This document shows positions 61,693-64,000 of a stretch of DNA of 64,000 nucleotides, one piece after another. The stretch's first letter is position 1. Each line of letters begins with the position of its first letter. Origin of the DNA: Phycisphaerae bacterium (GTDB lineage Bacteria; Planctomycetota; Phycisphaerae; UBA1845; Fen-1342); assembly GCA_963675745.2 (NCBI GenBank), contig CAXXWX010000013.1:64001-128000 (forward strand). Direction: 5' to 3'. The notes under the pieces were generated by a model. That model searched no databases and was not told the DNA's origin. It worked only from the letters and a program-made list of their open reading frames with translations. The position numbers and the translations under genes were made by a program.

Positions 61693-62793
61693 ATGGTAGC
61701 CCTGCCCAAGGACCCGACCTGGATCAGGCGTGTCGAGGAAATGGTTGCGCGGGCCGACGAGATCGCCGGCGAGATGAACAAGCCGGAGGTGGCGGCCAAC
61801 GGTGCGCGCCTGGTTCAATTAGCGCGCGAGCACGGGCAGCTCTCGAAGATCGCCAAACCATACCGCGAATATCGCGGCGTGATGGATCAACTGGTCGAGT
61901 CACATGAGATCGTCAGCGACGCGGAGTCGGACCCGGAGCTGCTCGAACTCGCTCAGCAGGAGATTCCCGGGCTGGAGCAGAAACGCGAGACGCTGCTGAC
62001 GCAACTTCAGGAGAAACTGGTCACCGGCGATGAAGCCTCGATCCGGTCGGTGATTCTGGAAGTGCGCGCCGGCACCGGCGGTGATGAGGCCGCGTTGTTC
62101 GCCGGTGAGCTCGTCAACATGTATCAGGCGATGGCGGCCAGGCATGGCTTCAAAGTCGAGGTGATGTCGCTATCGCCCTCCGATCTTGGTGGCGTGAAAG
62201 AGGCAATCCTGAACATCACGGGTGAGGAAGTCTATCTCGCGTTCCGCTTTGAGGCCGGCGGGCATCGCGTGCAACGCGTTCCCAAAACCGAGGCCCAGGG
62301 CCGCATTCACACCTCGGCGGCGACGGTGGCGGTCTATCCCGAACCCGAGGAGATCGCCATCGACATCGATTGGGACAAGGACGTTATCGAGCACGTCAGC
62401 CGGGCTGGTGGTCCGGGCGGTCAGAACGTCAACAAGGTCTCAAGTGCCATCAAGCTCGAGCACACGGCGACCGGGATCACGGTGTCGATGCGCGATGAGA
62501 AGAGTCAGCACAAGAACCGCGCGAAGGCCCGACGGATCATGATGTCGCGCGTGTTCGAGCATCACCAGCAACAGCAGCGCAGCAAGATAGAGGCCGACCG
62601 CCGTTCGATGGTCGGTTCCGGCGACCGCAGCGATCGTGTGCGTACCTATAACTTCCCTCAGAACCGGGTCACCGACCACCGCATTAACAAAGACGTGTTC
62701 GCCCTGCAACGAATTCTGGTTGAGGGGAACATAGACGAGTTCATCACGGAGTTGGCGGAGCGCGAGCTGAAACTGAGACTCGAAGCGCTTTAG
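61693..62793 (+). CDS. prfA: Peptide chain release factor 1
   Basis: GTGGDEAALF, HRVQRVPKTE (PxT), GPGGQNVN, RTYNFPQNRVTDHRI. Confidence 0.97.
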   Translation: MVALPKDPTWIRRVEEMVARADEIAGEMNKPEVAANGARLVQLAREHGQLSKIAKPYREYRGVMDQLVESHEIVSDAESDPELLELAQQEIPGLEQKRETLLTQLQEKLVTGDEASIRSVILEVRAGTGGDEAALFAGELVNMYQAMAARHGFKVEVMSLSPSDLGGVKEAILNITGEEVYLAFRFEAGGHRVQRVPKTEAQGRIHTSAATVAVYPEPEEIAIDIDWDKDVIEHVSRAGGPGGQNVNKVSSAIKLEHTATGITVSMRDEKSQHKNRAKARRIMMSRVFEHHQQQQRSKIEADRRSMVGSGDRSDRVRTYNFPQNRVTDHRINKDVFALQRILVEGNIDEFITELAERELKLRLEAL

Positions 62794-62800
62794 CACGTTT

Positions 62801-62835
62801 CTGCTCAAGAACAGTGGCACACCGGACTGTTTCCG
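62801..62835. repeat. Degenerate family-2 REP-like copy
   Basis: ctgctcaagaacagtggcacaccggactgtttccg, near-identical to 35429-35465. Confidence 0.75.
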
Positions 62836-62874
62836 GAGACGCTCTGACCAGGACGCCGCCGCACTACAGGTGTC

Positions 62875-63729
62875 ATGTCGCTCACGAGGATTTCACCGGC
62901 GAAGATCAACCTGACCCTGCGCGTGGGACATGCGCGCCCAGACGGTTTCCACGAACTGGAATCGCTGGTGGCACTGCTTGACCTGGGCGACACGATCACG
63001 GTCTCGCCACGGGGGGACGAGGCGATCAGCCTCAAATGCAGCGATCCGACAATCCCGCAAGATGAGCGCAACCTCGCATGGCGCGCCACCGCCGCGCTGC
63101 GGGAGGCAACGACCACCGCACACGGCGTTGACATCGTGATCGACAAGCGGATTCCCGCGGGCGGAGGGCTGGGGGGTGGAAGCTCCAATGCGGCGACGAC
63201 GCTGGAGCTGCTGAATGAGTTGTGGCAGCTTGAACTGCCCGCGGCGCGCCTTGCGACGATCGGCGCGACCATCGGATCTGACATCCCGCTGTTTTTCCAC
63301 GGGCCGCTCTGCGTCATGCGCGGGCGTGGCGAAATCGTCGAACCGCTGGACCGCAAGCTCGACGGATGGGTGGTTCTGGTCATGCCCGATGTTCACTGCG
63401 ATACGGCGGCGGTCTATCGCGCATTTGATGAGCTGTCAGCGCCGACACCCGGCCGAGCGGTTGAAGACGTCCTGGCGGCCGACACACCCGCGGCGATGAT
63501 GCCTCTCCTGTTCAACGACCTGGAGCGAGCGGCTTTGGACATCAGCCCCGACCTCGCAAGTCACCGCCTGTGTCTGGAAGACACGCTGGGTGCCGCCGTG
63601 CGCATGACCGGGTCGGGGGCGGTTTTTTATCACCTGTACGATACGCAATCCGCCGCCGAGAGCGCCGCCCAGGCGACGCGTGAGACATTCGCCGTACGCG
63701 TCGAGGTCACGCGACTGGCAAGCTCCTGA
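62875..63729 (+). CDS. ispE: 4-diphosphocytidyl-2-C-methyl-D-erythritol kinase
   Basis: PAKINLTL, DGFHELES, KRIPAGGGLGGGSSNAA, IGSDIP, FNDLE, MTGSG. Confidence 0.95.
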   Translation: MSLTRISPAKINLTLRVGHARPDGFHELESLVALLDLGDTITVSPRGDEAISLKCSDPTIPQDERNLAWRATAALREATTTAHGVDIVIDKRIPAGGGLGGGSSNAATTLELLNELWQLELPAARLATIGATIGSDIPLFFHGPLCVMRGRGEIVEPLDRKLDGWVVLVMPDVHCDTAAVYRAFDELSAPTPGRAVEDVLAADTPAAMMPLLFNDLERAALDISPDLASHRLCLEDTLGAAVRMTGSGAVFYHLYDTQSAAESAAQATRETFAVRVEVTRLASS

Positions 63730-63751
63730 GTGGCACGCACATCCGGCGGCG

Positions 63752-64000
63752 TTACAGCGGTGCCAGAACCTGCGCCGTGCGCGCCGGTAGATACGCCTGT
63801 ACGCTCTCGTGGCGATGATCCCAGCCGACTGGTTGGCAAGGGTACACGTCACCGGTGACGACGTTTGCGTGGCCGCCGAAGAACAGGTCATCGGTGCTCA
63901 GGACAATCCGGTAGTCCTTCTTTTCAGGTACGCCGAAGCGCACATCGGTGTATGACTCGGTGGGGTGGAAATTAAACGCGAAGACCAGCGGTCCGCGATG
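63752..64000 (-). CDS. glgB: C-terminal end of a 1,4-alpha-glucan branching enzyme (truncated by window edge)
   Basis: RGPLVFAFNFHPTESYTD...YRIVLSTDDLFFGGH...YLPARTA. Confidence 0.7.
   Translation of the reverse strand, partial: HRGPLVFAFNFHPTESYTDVRFGVPEKKDYRIVLSTDDLFFGGHANVVTGDVYPCQPVGWDHRHESVQAYLPARTAQVLAPL

Noticed and set aside
61358..63729. Absence of prmC after prfA
   Set aside because: Gene order varies widely and prmC may lie elsewhere; not informative from this window.

Overview
High-GC bacterial chromosomal window. Gene content (PEP-CTERM proteins, a DUF1571-like protein, a BatA/VWA protein, an extended UvrA, many lipoproteins, secreted proteins with C-terminal dockerin-like modules) suggests Planctomycetota, probably Phycisphaerae; this is inference, not a database result. 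It holds about 48 CDS, mostly housekeeping (purB, PMM/PGM, an EF-G paralogue, uvrA, mdh, etfBA, metF, topA, rpmE-prfA-ispE, partial glgB), and one tRNA-Leu(TAG). I found no transposase, integrase, rRNA or CRISPR array. Main signals: (1) four otherwise unrelated secreted proteins share a Cys-containing dockerin-like C-terminal module; one also has a cohesin-like domain, one has two different dockerins, and these two flank a pair of PEP-CTERM paralogues, suggesting a non-cellulolytic cohesin-dockerin surface assembly; (2) a UvrA with three rather than two or four ABC domains, running in-frame into a second protein; (3) two orphan minus-strand structured RNA candidates with terminators (about 19.35-19.44 kb and 40.63-40.80 kb); (4) several REP/REPIN-like palindrome families and heptamer arrays, one inside a coding region; (5) two genes split by single-base frameshifts, which may be assembly errors. 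All product calls come from motif recognition by eye.
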